A DNA stretch of 56,189 nucleotides from Planctomycetota bacterium (GTDB lineage Bacteria > Planctomycetota > Planctomycetia > Pirellulales > Pirellulaceae). The stretch is taken from NCBI GenBank assembly GCA_963204995.1, contig CAUJKL010000933.1, positions 1 through 56,189 on the forward strand. The letters run 5' to 3'. This document shows, piece by piece, positions 37,697-46,307 of this stretch. Each line of letters begins with the position of its first letter. Positions within the stretch are counted from its first letter, which is position 1. A program made the position numbers and the translations under genes. The notes under the pieces were generated by a model, which did no database searches, was not told the origin of the DNA, and saw nothing but the letters and a program-made list of their open reading frames with translations.

Positions 37697-39922
37697 ATGG
37701 CAAAATTGAAACTCGATAAAGAATCACTGCAACGCTTTTTTTTCAATCACACCGAAAAAATCGTGCTCGCGGTCGTTATTCTGTTGCTCGGATTGTTTAT
37801 CTGGAGCGGTTCAAGTCTCGAAGGAATCGGTGCCCAAAATCCGGCGGAACTTGCCAGCAAAGTCGAGGCAGTTGCCAAGAAGATCGAGGCACCAACTTGG
37901 GACAATGTCAAAGAGAAATACGTCCCCGTGTTGGACCATGTTGGGCGTAAGCAAATTGGCGATGCCGCAACGTCGGAAAGCTACTATCGACTGGACACAC
38001 CCTTGATCGGCAGCCCGCCGAACTCCGCAACTCCTCGACAAGATCCAGAAATCTTTGCCGTCACCGACGTCGAGGCGACCGTTGTCACCGCGGCGATCGC
38101 GTTCAAAGCCCGACCGGGCTTGATCGACCCCTTTATGGATCTCGCGAATTTCGAACAGGAAAAGATTGAGGCTCCCAAGAAGAAGCCAAAGAAGAGTAAG
38201 AAGAACACAGCGGGTGGGAGTTATGGCGAAGAGATGGCGATGATGATGGAAGACGAGGCCATGGCGGGTGCCTCGGGTAGCATGATGAGCGAAGGTATGG
38301 GAGCGTACGGCTCAGGAGCGTACGGCGCAGGAGCGATGGGAGGTGTCCCAGCTGGCCCAACCGTCCGGGCAGACGCGAATAAATTCCACGGCTATCAACC
38401 CACGGCAACTTCAACCGCCACCGGTTCGTCCGTAATCGGCTATACCAAACACCTCGTTTCGGTGAGAGGGCTCGTGCCCTACCAACAACAATGGGACGAA
38501 TTCGAACGCGTGTTTGCCGACGCTGCCGGCTATATGCCATCGCGAGACATCCCCAAATACCTCTCGTTTCGGGCCCAGCGTGCGGAAGTCCCAAGCGATC
38601 CGAACGAACCCTTGAAATGGGGTTGGATCTCCTGGACAGCCGGGGTTCTTACCGATCTCCCGAAGAAGGGTTGGGCAGGTTTTCCTGGCGAAATCGCCGA
38701 TTCGAAGTATCTACTCCACGGCGTTTTGACGATGCCCGTGCCGCCGGTAATGATGCGTGACCTCCGACCGTTAGCCCTGCATTCGAAAGTGCCCATGCAA
38801 CTAGAGGAAAAGGTACAGGCGGTGGCACGAACGGGCCCTGAATTAGTCAACGTCGACGAGGTTGGCGGCGTGGCCGATATCGACGACTTGCCGCCCGTAC
38901 CGGGAGCCCGCCCAGGAGTTGGAGCGGGCGGTGCAGGTATGTACGGAAGTGACGGCGGCATGTATGGAAGTGGTGGCGGCATGTACGGAAGTGGCGGCGG
39001 CATGATGGGGATGACCGGAGAGGGCTACGGGGCAGGAATGGGGGGAATGGGGTACGACATGGGAATGGGTGGCACGGGTTTGCAACAAGTTCGCGGCCCG
39101 CAAGCCGAGTTCCTGATGGTCCGTTTCTTTGACGAGATCGCACCCGGCAAGAAGTACGTGTACCGAATTCAAGTTGTGTTAGAGGATCCCAATCATCCTC
39201 AATTCCCGCAGCAGGAGCCGCAGAGCCGCATTTTGGCCGACACCGTCCGCACACGGCTCGCCAACGTCGCGGCCGAAGAAGTCAAGCAAACGGCTGCTAA
39301 AAAGACGCCCATTCGGCTCTTCTCGTTGACCACGGAGTGGAGTGAACCTACCGCTCCGGTCTTCGTCAAGCCACAGTCGGAAATCTATGCGGGCGGTGTT
39401 ACGCTGCCGCTCATGCGTGATATTCTGCGTAGCACAGAACCCAATCAACTACAAAAAACTGGGTACACGCTTCCTGCGGACGGCGAGCCGACCGCCCAGG
39501 TCATGAACCTATCGTGGAGCTCGAAGTATGCAGTCGACATGCCTGGCATTTTGAAAGCGTCGAGAGGCTCCTTTCTCAACCAATCGATCGAAGCGGATGT
39601 TATTGATCCAGTCACGATGGTCTACAAGGTGGTTCCCGATTATAAGCTCTCATCGAACGAGCTCGTTATCGATCTCCGCGGCGGCGAGATCCTTCAACCG
39701 GCAGCGGGAGAGGTAAAAGCACTTTTGACGCCCGGTGAAGTCGCCGTCATCGACGCGCGTGGGAATTTCGTCGTTCGCAATGAATTGGACGACTGGCAGG
39801 CCTTTGATAAATACGCTCCTCCAGCCCCCCTTGTGGTCGAAGCAGCTCCGACCGCGAGCGACGGATACGGTGGCGAGACCATGGACTACGGGGCCTACGG
39901 TGCCGGTCCTAGCGGACCGTAG
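37697..39922 (+). CDS. bitopic membrane protein with Gly/Met/Tyr low-complexity tracts, unknown function (pilus/secretin cluster)
   Basis: AGGAG upstream of the ATG. N-terminal TM IVLAVVILLLGLFIWSG. KKKPKKSKKN patch, then LCRs at nt 38210-38344 and 38897-39078. Confidence 0.75.
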   Translation: MAKLKLDKESLQRFFFNHTEKIVLAVVILLLGLFIWSGSSLEGIGAQNPAELASKVEAVAKKIEAPTWDNVKEKYVPVLDHVGRKQIGDAATSESYYRLDTPLIGSPPNSATPRQDPEIFAVTDVEATVVTAAIAFKARPGLIDPFMDLANFEQEKIEAPKKKPKKSKKNTAGGSYGEEMAMMMEDEAMAGASGSMMSEGMGAYGSGAYGAGAMGGVPAGPTVRADANKFHGYQPTATSTATGSSVIGYTKHLVSVRGLVPYQQQWDEFERVFADAAGYMPSRDIPKYLSFRAQRAEVPSDPNEPLKWGWISWTAGVLTDLPKKGWAGFPGEIADSKYLLHGVLTMPVPPVMMRDLRPLALHSKVPMQLEEKVQAVARTGPELVNVDEVGGVADIDDLPPVPGARPGVGAGGAGMYGSDGGMYGSGGGMYGSGGGMMGMTGEGYGAGMGGMGYDMGMGGTGLQQVRGPQAEFLMVRFFDEIAPGKKYVYRIQVVLEDPNHPQFPQQEPQSRILADTVRTRLANVAAEEVKQTAAKKTPIRLFSLTTEWSEPTAPVFVKPQSEIYAGGVTLPLMRDILRSTEPNQLQKTGYTLPADGEPTAQVMNLSWSSKYAVDMPGILKASRGSFLNQSIEADVIDPVTMVYKVVPDYKLSSNELVIDLRGGEILQPAAGEVKALLTPGEVAVIDARGNFVVRNELDDWQAFDKYAPPAPLVVEAAPTASDGYGGETMDYGAYGAGPSGP

Positions 39923-39985
39923 AGTTGCTAGCCCGCCACGAGAGCCCGCTCGGCGCGCGATCACGAACTTGACCAGCACGCACAG

Positions 39986-40016
39986 CTCCATTCGTTCATC
40001 GAATGGAGTTTTTTTT
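39986..40016 (+). terminator. rho-independent terminator
   Basis: CTCCATTCG-ttcat-CGAATGGAG followed by TTTTTTTT. Confidence 0.9.
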
Positions 40017-40038
40017 ATTGCACGTCTCAGAAGTGATC

Positions 40039-40067
40039 TTGACCGTGTTTGCACGGGCGAGTATTTA
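40039..40067 (+). promoter_or_regulatory. candidate promoter of the secretin gene
   Basis: TTGACC (40039-44), 17 nt, then TATTTA (40062-67), directly after the terminator. This implies a ~230-nt leader. Confidence 0.35.
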
Positions 40068-40305
40068 TCCCGCTCTCGTCTACCAAAAAGATACTCCGGT
40101 CAGCGGTTGTACACACTCGTGAAATTGTCTCTTCGAGTGGGCGTGACCACTGGTTTCTCGTCACCTACTAAGCAAAGTGCGAATTCTCGCAAGGTCATGG
40201 AAAACTGGTCGGACACCTCGCTGATTCACCGTCTAACCCGGACGATGGCAAGACCGGGCGACGGAGACACTAGGATCACAAGCTTCTCGAAGAAGGAGAA
40301 TCGCG

Positions 40306-43300
40306 TTGAAAGCGATCTGTAAGGTTTCGTTCGGATGCATCGCCTTGGCGATCACACTGCCACCAGCCGCATTCGCAGAAAGCCATTCCGTGATCACAGC
40401 GATCGCCAACGCGAATGCCGCGTTCGGCCAAACCGCTTCCGCCGATGAAGCCGCTCGCCGCCGCGAGGCGGACCAGTGGTTACGGCAAGCACGCCAGGCG
40501 CTGGAGGACGGCAAGCCGGATGTCGCCGAGTACTGCGTCGACCGCGCCGAAAAGTTCAACGCCAGTTTTGACTCGGTACTGTCACGATTCGCCGACACAC
40601 CAGCCAAAGTGCGACGCGACATCGACGCCGCACGCGGTTCTGGTCCCACTCGGCCGCAAGTGCCAAGCCAACAGTTTGCTCCAGGGTCGCCACCCGCCAA
40701 CGGTTTGTCGACAACTGCAACGGGCAACGCGGCACCCGGAAAGGACCAGGTGCTGAATCAAATGACAAACACTGGCAAGGCACAAGCCAGCGATTACCTT
40801 CAACGAGGCCGTCAAGCTCTGCAGCAAGGTGACAAGACGGCAGCCCTGTCGTGGTATCAACGCGCGGTTGCGACAGGTGCTTCGTTCGCGCCAGGCGAGT
40901 TCTCTCCCGTCCATTTTGCATCGGAGCTGCAACGGGCCGGAGTTGATATCAGCCGCATCGCGCAGCTCCAACCTGCCCCCGCGTTCGCCACCAATCCAGC
41001 GGACTTTGCTCCGCGCGAGCTGGATCGTCTGCCGGCAATTAAGCCAATGCCCTCGAACGCCGATAGCGCTTTCGAAGGAGGCCTTGTCACCAACCCGACA
41101 CAACTTGCCGGCGGTTCGCAATTCGGCAATGCCGCGCCAGCGAGTCCTCAAAAGTTGGCAGCGATGCGATTACTTGCCCAAGCTCAAGCCGCTTTGGGAC
41201 GTGGCGATTTGCGTGCGGCCAACGAATTCGCCGAACAAGCCCAAGCGATTCGAGTTCCAGAGCAGGAGTTCTCACAGGGAGAAACGCGACCTTGGGAGTT
41301 GCTGCTCCAGATTCGCAGTCAGTTGAATCGTCAGGGAGGTTCCGGTGTCATCCCCGCCGGGAATTTCGAAACGGTTCCTGAGATGGCCAATGGCGGTGCT
41401 CAGCCAAATCGTTCGCCGATTAGCCAAGGAATCTACACACCAGAATCAGACTCGACTCGCAATCGTTACGCGCAAGCCGAGATCCCCACGCCTGCTCTTC
41501 GTCCTGCCGATAGTTCGGCTGGATTGCAGATCTATCGTGAGGGGTTGCGAGCGTTGGAAGCTCAAGATCGTGATGAAGCCCTACGGTTATTTCGCAATGC
41601 GTGGCAGTATCAACAAGAATTCGATCCGCTCACACGACAAGACTTGAAGGACAAGCTCAGCCTGTTGAGCGCGGCTGGAAATCGTCCGCTTCGTGAACCG
41701 TCGCCCTTAGAAGAAGTCAACGCACAGCAAGAGTTACTCCGCCAACAACTGTTCCGCGAGATCTCCAACGAAACCAAAGAAGCCGAACAAATGGTGCAAT
41801 CGGACCCTCGGGGAGCGTTGCAGCGCGTCACGAAACTTCGCGAACGTGTGTCGCAAGCCGAAGTTGATCCAGGTGCGAGACGCCAGCTCCTGACCATCGT
41901 CGATCAAGAAGTTGCAAGCATCGAAGCATACATCCGACAGAACGAGGGTGACATCGTTTTGAAGGAGCGAAATCGCCAAGTCGTCGACTCGATCGATCGC
42001 GATCGTGCCGCAAAAATCGACGTGCAACAGAAAGTTGCTCAGTTGGTCGAGGAGTTCAATGACTTGCTCGACCAAGAACGACATGCGGAGGCAGAAGTCC
42101 GCGCTCGCCAAATCCGCGAACTCGATCCCGAGTCGCCTGTCACACGCTTGGTGACGATGAAGAGCAAGTTCGCCAGTCGTATGCAACGGAACCAATGGAT
42201 CGCCGACCAGAAGGAAGACGGGTTTGTCAAGAATATGCAAGACACGGACGCGGCTTCGATTGCGACGGTCGGCGACGACCATCCGATCGACTTCGGCGAC
42301 AAAACTCGTTGGGATCAGCTGTCGCGAACCCGTCTCGAACAACTCGAAATGCAGCAACGACGTCTTTCGCCGGTTGAGATGGAAATTCAAAACACGCTGA
42401 AGAAACCTGTTGACGTTAATTTCAACAATCGGCCTTTGAAAGAAGTGCTCGATACCCTCGCCAGCATTTCCGGAGTCAATATCTACGCCGATCCACAAGG
42501 GCTCGCGGCAGAGGGAGTTACGAGCGATACGCCCGTAAACATCACGTTGACTCAGGCCATCTCGTTACAAAGTGCCCTGAATCTGATTCTCGAACCGCTG
42601 CGTCTGAGCTACGTCATCCAAAACGAAGTGCTTCGGATCACGAGCGAACAACTACGCGACTCGAATGTCAAACCGCAGGTCTACAACGTGGCAGACCTGG
42701 TCATTCCGATCCCGAACTTCATTCCCGGCTACAACGTTGGGCTCCCGTCTGCGATCCGAGAAGCTCACACTGCTCTCGGATATGGCGGTGTTGCACCGTC
42801 GGTATCAATGGCTCCATTGACGGTGGCGTCCAACGACATGCAAGGCGGTGGTCCAGCGAGCGCTTCGGCACTCGCGCAAATGAGTACCTATGGCGGCCTT
42901 CCACAGGGGAGCAGGTCACGCCCTTCGCAACCGTTGGGTTATGGTGCCGGCAGCATGGGCGGAGCCGCATTGGCTGACTTTGATACGCTCATTCAATTGA
43001 TTACATCAACGATCAAGCCGGACACCTGGGACGAAGTGGGTGGCCCCGGTGCGATCGAGCCGTTTCCCACGAACTTGAGCTTGGTCATTAGTCAGACACA
43101 GGATGTTCACGAGCAGATCGCGGACCTCCTCGAACAGCTCCGGCGCTTGCAGGACTTGCAAGTGACGATCGAAGTCCGCTTCATCACTCTGCGTGACGAC
43201 TTCTTCGAGCGAATTGGCGTCGACTTCGACTTCGATGTCGACGACAACGTCACCACCTTGCCTCCAGACGATTCGGGACCGAGTGTTGCTATCGGCTTGA

Positions 43301-44112
43301 CGCCAACGGGAGTCCCGACGGCCGACTTCGACTATTCGTTCACCCAAGATAGCTTCAGCCTTACCACTCCGGCATTCGGAGGATTTGGAACCGGTGCAGG
43401 AGCCGCGAACTTTGGTTTTGCGATCCTGAGCGACATCGAAGCATTTTTCCTCGTCCAAGCGGCCACCGGAAGTAATCGCAGCAATGTGTTGGCTGCCCCG
43501 AAGGTCACGCTGTTCAACGGTCAGCAGGCGTCTGTCAGTGACGTTTCGCAACGCCCGTTCGTGACCAGCTTGATCCCGGTCGTCGGCGACTTTGCCGCCG
43601 CCCAACAGCCGGTGATCGTAGTCCTCAGCGAAGGGACTTCCCTCGGCGTCCAAGCCGTCGTCTCTTCCGATCGCCGATTTGTCAGACTGACGCTGGTTCC
43701 ATTCTTCAGCCAGATCGGTGAAGTCGAGGAGTTTACTTTCGACGGAACTACGACGACAAACACGGGCTCGAACGTCGTCGATGCAACCGGCAAACCGACC
43801 GGCGACAAAGACAATACGATAACTACGACGCAAGGCACGACAGTTCAGCTGCCCACCTTCTCCTTCACGACCGTATCGACGACCGTGAGTGTACCGGATG
43901 GCGGAACGGTTTTGCTGGGCGGCATCAAACGCCTGTCCGAAGAACGCAAGGAACAAGGCGTGCCGATGCTGAACAAGATTCCGTACGTCAACCGGCTGTT
44001 CAAGAACGTAGGTATCGGTCGAGCGACAACCAGCCTGATGCTGATGGTGACGCCTCGAATCATCATTCAGGAGGAAGAGGAAGAGAAAATGGGCATCGAG
44101 ATCATTCCATAA
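40306..44112 (+). CDS. secretin (PilQ/GspD family) with ~700-aa N-terminal helical-repeat and coiled-coil extension
   Basis: TTG start 8 nt after AAGGAG. Signal peptide ...LPPAAFAESH. STN/N0-like KKPVDVNFNNRPLKEVLDTLASISGVNIYADP. C-terminal secretin core SVPDGGTVLLGGIKRLSEERKEQGVPMLNKIPYVNRLFKN...MLMVTPRII. Confidence 0.9.
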   Translation: MKAICKVSFGCIALAITLPPAAFAESHSVITAIANANAAFGQTASADEAARRREADQWLRQARQALEDGKPDVAEYCVDRAEKFNASFDSVLSRFADTPAKVRRDIDAARGSGPTRPQVPSQQFAPGSPPANGLSTTATGNAAPGKDQVLNQMTNTGKAQASDYLQRGRQALQQGDKTAALSWYQRAVATGASFAPGEFSPVHFASELQRAGVDISRIAQLQPAPAFATNPADFAPRELDRLPAIKPMPSNADSAFEGGLVTNPTQLAGGSQFGNAAPASPQKLAAMRLLAQAQAALGRGDLRAANEFAEQAQAIRVPEQEFSQGETRPWELLLQIRSQLNRQGGSGVIPAGNFETVPEMANGGAQPNRSPISQGIYTPESDSTRNRYAQAEIPTPALRPADSSAGLQIYREGLRALEAQDRDEALRLFRNAWQYQQEFDPLTRQDLKDKLSLLSAAGNRPLREPSPLEEVNAQQELLRQQLFREISNETKEAEQMVQSDPRGALQRVTKLRERVSQAEVDPGARRQLLTIVDQEVASIEAYIRQNEGDIVLKERNRQVVDSIDRDRAAKIDVQQKVAQLVEEFNDLLDQERHAEAEVRARQIRELDPESPVTRLVTMKSKFASRMQRNQWIADQKEDGFVKNMQDTDAASIATVGDDHPIDFGDKTRWDQLSRTRLEQLEMQQRRLSPVEMEIQNTLKKPVDVNFNNRPLKEVLDTLASISGVNIYADPQGLAAEGVTSDTPVNITLTQAISLQSALNLILEPLRLSYVIQNEVLRITSEQLRDSNVKPQVYNVADLVIPIPNFIPGYNVGLPSAIREAHTALGYGGVAPSVSMAPLTVASNDMQGGGPASASALAQMSTYGGLPQGSRSRPSQPLGYGAGSMGGAALADFDTLIQLITSTIKPDTWDEVGGPGAIEPFPTNLSLVISQTQDVHEQIADLLEQLRRLQDLQVTIEVRFITLRDDFFERIGVDFDFDVDDNVTTLPPDDSGPSVAIGLTPTGVPTADFDYSFTQDSFSLTTPAFGGFGTGAGAANFGFAILSDIEAFFLVQAATGSNRSNVLAAPKVTLFNGQQASVSDVSQRPFVTSLIPVVGDFAAAQQPVIVVLSEGTSLGVQAVVSSDRRFVRLTLVPFFSQIGEVEEFTFDGTTTTNTGSNVVDATGKPTGDKDNTITTTQGTTVQLPTFSFTTVSTTVSVPDGGTVLLGGIKRLSEERKEQGVPMLNKIPYVNRLFKNVGIGRATTSLMLMVTPRIIIQEEEEEKMGIEIIP

Positions 44113-44140
44113 GCTCCACTCACTTGTGTCGAATCGTCAC

Positions 44141-44170
44141 AGCCCGTTGCTCACGCGACGGGCTTTTTTT
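44141..44170 (+). terminator. rho-independent terminator
   Basis: AGCCCGT-(10 nt)-ACGGGCT followed by TTTTTTT. Confidence 0.8.
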
Positions 44171-44210
44171 ATGGTGAAGCCTTTATCGCCAAGCTTTTTC
44201 CGGGTGACTT

Positions 44211-44624
44211 GTGAAAGATCGACATATCCTGTTTGTTGGAGGTGTTCTCGGTGGACTCGGCGTTGCACTAGGCGCGTTCGGAGCACACTGGCTTGAAGGA
44301 GCCATTAAGCAGTGGGGACTTGAACCGGTCGAAGAGCTCAAACGCCTCAACACATGGGAAGTCGCAGTGCGTTATCAGATGTATCACGCCCTGGCGTTAC
44401 TGGCACTCGGGTCGCTTGCGACGCGACTTCCTGAACGGAGTAAGGTTTGGTCCGCACGCCTATTCATCGTTGGCACCTGCGTTTTTAGCGGCTGCTTATA
44501 TGTACTGGTCCTTTCGGGCGTCAAAGTCCTTGGTGCCGTCGTCCCACTTGGTGGAAGCTGTCTCATCGGTGGGTGGCTAGTGCTGGCAATCGCGGCGCTT
44601 CGGTGCTCCGACTCGCACTGCTGA
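44211..44624 (+). CDS. DUF423 (YgdD/TMEM256-like) membrane protein
   Basis: 137 aa with four hydrophobic helices. GGVLGGLGVALGAFGAHWL and YQMYHALALL are the family hallmarks. GTG start. Confidence 0.8.
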   Translation: MKDRHILFVGGVLGGLGVALGAFGAHWLEGAIKQWGLEPVEELKRLNTWEVAVRYQMYHALALLALGSLATRLPERSKVWSARLFIVGTCVFSGCLYVLVLSGVKVLGAVVPLGGSCLIGGWLVLAIAALRCSDSHC

Positions 44625-44690
44625 AGAACCCGCCGAAGTAACGGAGCCCCTCGAAGTAGTCACATCGTTAGGGCGAGAGGGCGAGAGGTG

Positions 44691-44719
44691 TTGACCTTCA
44701 GGGGTGCCTGAATTAAGTT
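44691..44719 (+). promoter_or_regulatory. candidate promoter of the second DUF1559 gene
   Basis: TTGACC (44691-96), 17 nt, then TAAGTT (44714-19). Confidence 0.3.
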
Positions 44720-44763
44720 AAAGTCCATCTTATTTGTTGATTCTTACTAGTAGAGGACTGAAC

Positions 44764-45732
44764 ATGAAACGGAAATCGGGATTTACGCTTGTCGAACTCT
44801 TGGTGGTCATTGCGATCATCGGAATTTTGGTGGCGCTCTTGTTGCCCGCCGTGCAAGCGGCTCGTGAAGCGGCACGCCGTATGAGTTGTAGCAACAACCT
44901 AAAGCAGCTTGCCTTGTCGTTTCATAATTACCACGACACCTATAAGAAGTTCCCCGCCTATCAGTACCCGGTTGCCAATACGAACTCTTGGCAAGGCCAC
45001 GGCCCTTTGACGATGGTTCTCCCTTTTATGGAACAGCAACCGCTCTACGACAAAATTGATTTTACGCGGGCGTGGGACGCGGTTGCGAGCGTGCGGCAAG
45101 CAAGTATACCGGCGTTCAATTGTCCTTCGGACTTGGCATTTCCGAACCTTGCCTACGGAGGTACTAACTATGGTGTGCAAGCAGGTTCACGACGAGATGT
45201 CTACTCCACTGGCAGTCCGAATGAAGCGAGTGGCGCAATGACTCGCCGACATGATACTCCGATGGCTAACCTCACCGACGGCACCTCAAACGTGATCATG
45301 GTGGGAGAGTTCCTGCACGGGGATGATAATGGCGGGCAACGCACGTTGAAGCGCGATGTGACGAATTCTCTGGCAACTGGATGGGATCTGTGGCCGACGC
45401 AAACGAACCTTGAAACGTACGGCACCGCCGCTGACGCCAATTCTTATCAGGTGAGTAATGCAGGGCGCGATTGGATGGCGAGTTTTCCGGGTCAAACGGT
45501 GTTCACCACCCAAGCACCGCCCAACTGGAAGCATACCTCCGTGTGTGACGGCGGTGGGTTCGGTTACGCGTGCGACCGCAACGGAATCTTTCCTGCACGA
45601 AGTTTACATCCCGGCGGCGTACAAATTGGACTAGCGGATGGATCGGTTCGGTTCGCCCCGGAAACGGTCGATTTGTTGACGTGGCAACGTATGGGCGCGC
45701 GGGGCGATGGAAACCCTGTCCAGCTACCCTAA
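44764..45732 (+). CDS. DUF1559 family protein with prepilin-type N-terminal cleavage/methylation domain (H-X9-DG)
   Basis: [49 protein letters not shown]; C-terminal SLHPGGVQIGLADGSVRF; GAGGA upstream of ATG 44764. Confidence 0.92.
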   Translation: MKRKSGFTLVELLVVIAIIGILVALLLPAVQAAREAARRMSCSNNLKQLALSFHNYHDTYKKFPAYQYPVANTNSWQGHGPLTMVLPFMEQQPLYDKIDFTRAWDAVASVRQASIPAFNCPSDLAFPNLAYGGTNYGVQAGSRRDVYSTGSPNEASGAMTRRHDTPMANLTDGTSNVIMVGEFLHGDDNGGQRTLKRDVTNSLATGWDLWPTQTNLETYGTAADANSYQVSNAGRDWMASFPGQTVFTTQAPPNWKHTSVCDGGGFGYACDRNGIFPARSLHPGGVQIGLADGSVRFAPETVDLLTWQRMGARGDGNPVQLP

Positions 45733-45763
45733 CGGCGGTTCAGATTTGATGGTTTAGTTCTGG

Positions 45764-45799
45764 CGGTACATGGCGTCCCCATGTACCGTCAGTTTGTTT
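45764..45799 (+). terminator. rho-independent terminator
   Basis: CGGTACATGG-cgtcc-CCATGTACCG (10-bp stem) followed by tcaGTTTGTTT. Confidence 0.65.
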
Positions 45800-45815
45800 C
45801 AGAAGGAAATGGAGC

Positions 45816-46133
45816 TTGAATTTAATGCAACTGGTTAAGTATTGTGCGATCCTAAGCTTGTCTTTTTGTCTCCTCGGTTGCGGAGATGCGACTCCATCAG
45901 TGACCGTCGAGCCCCCATCCGCCACGCAGCAAATCAAGGACGCCTTTGATCAAGTGGCAGCCAGTGGCGAGGTAGACAGTGGCCTCGTCACAGCTCGTGA
46001 GCAACTGGAAGCTCTTAAGGAAACCGATGCCGCGAAGGCGGCTGAGTTGTTGAAGGATCTGGATGAGCTACAGGCGATGAAAGATGCCACTGCGATCAAG
46101 AAGAAGGCATCTGAAATGGCGGCCAAGCTGTAG
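45816..46133 (+). CDS. small helical lipoprotein, unknown function
   Basis: Lipobox LLGCG; the rest is charged and helical (EQLEALKETDAAKAAELLKDLDELQAMKD). Start is TTG 45816 or ATG 45825. Confidence 0.55.
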   Translation: MNLMQLVKYCAILSLSFCLLGCGDATPSVTVEPPSATQQIKDAFDQVAASGEVDSGLVTAREQLEALKETDAAKAAELLKDLDELQAMKDATAIKKKASEMAAKL

Positions 46134-46307
46134 CCTCGGAGATTTGCGACAGATCGCCATCAGGGAGCATGGCTCCACGGGCGAAAAGTTCGCTGAGGCG
46201 TAGAGCAAGATTTCTTCGGTTGTTCGAACCGATCGACCCTGCACGCTGCCACGCCTTAACGCCGGAGAGAACGGATCAGTTCCCGTTCTTCGAAGAAAGG
46301 CACGACG

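Noticed and set aside
41734-43956. Minus-strand ORFs of 254 aa (41734-42498) and 316 aa (43006-43956)
   Set aside because: Antisense to the secretin gene, whose frame is supported by STN and secretin motifs.
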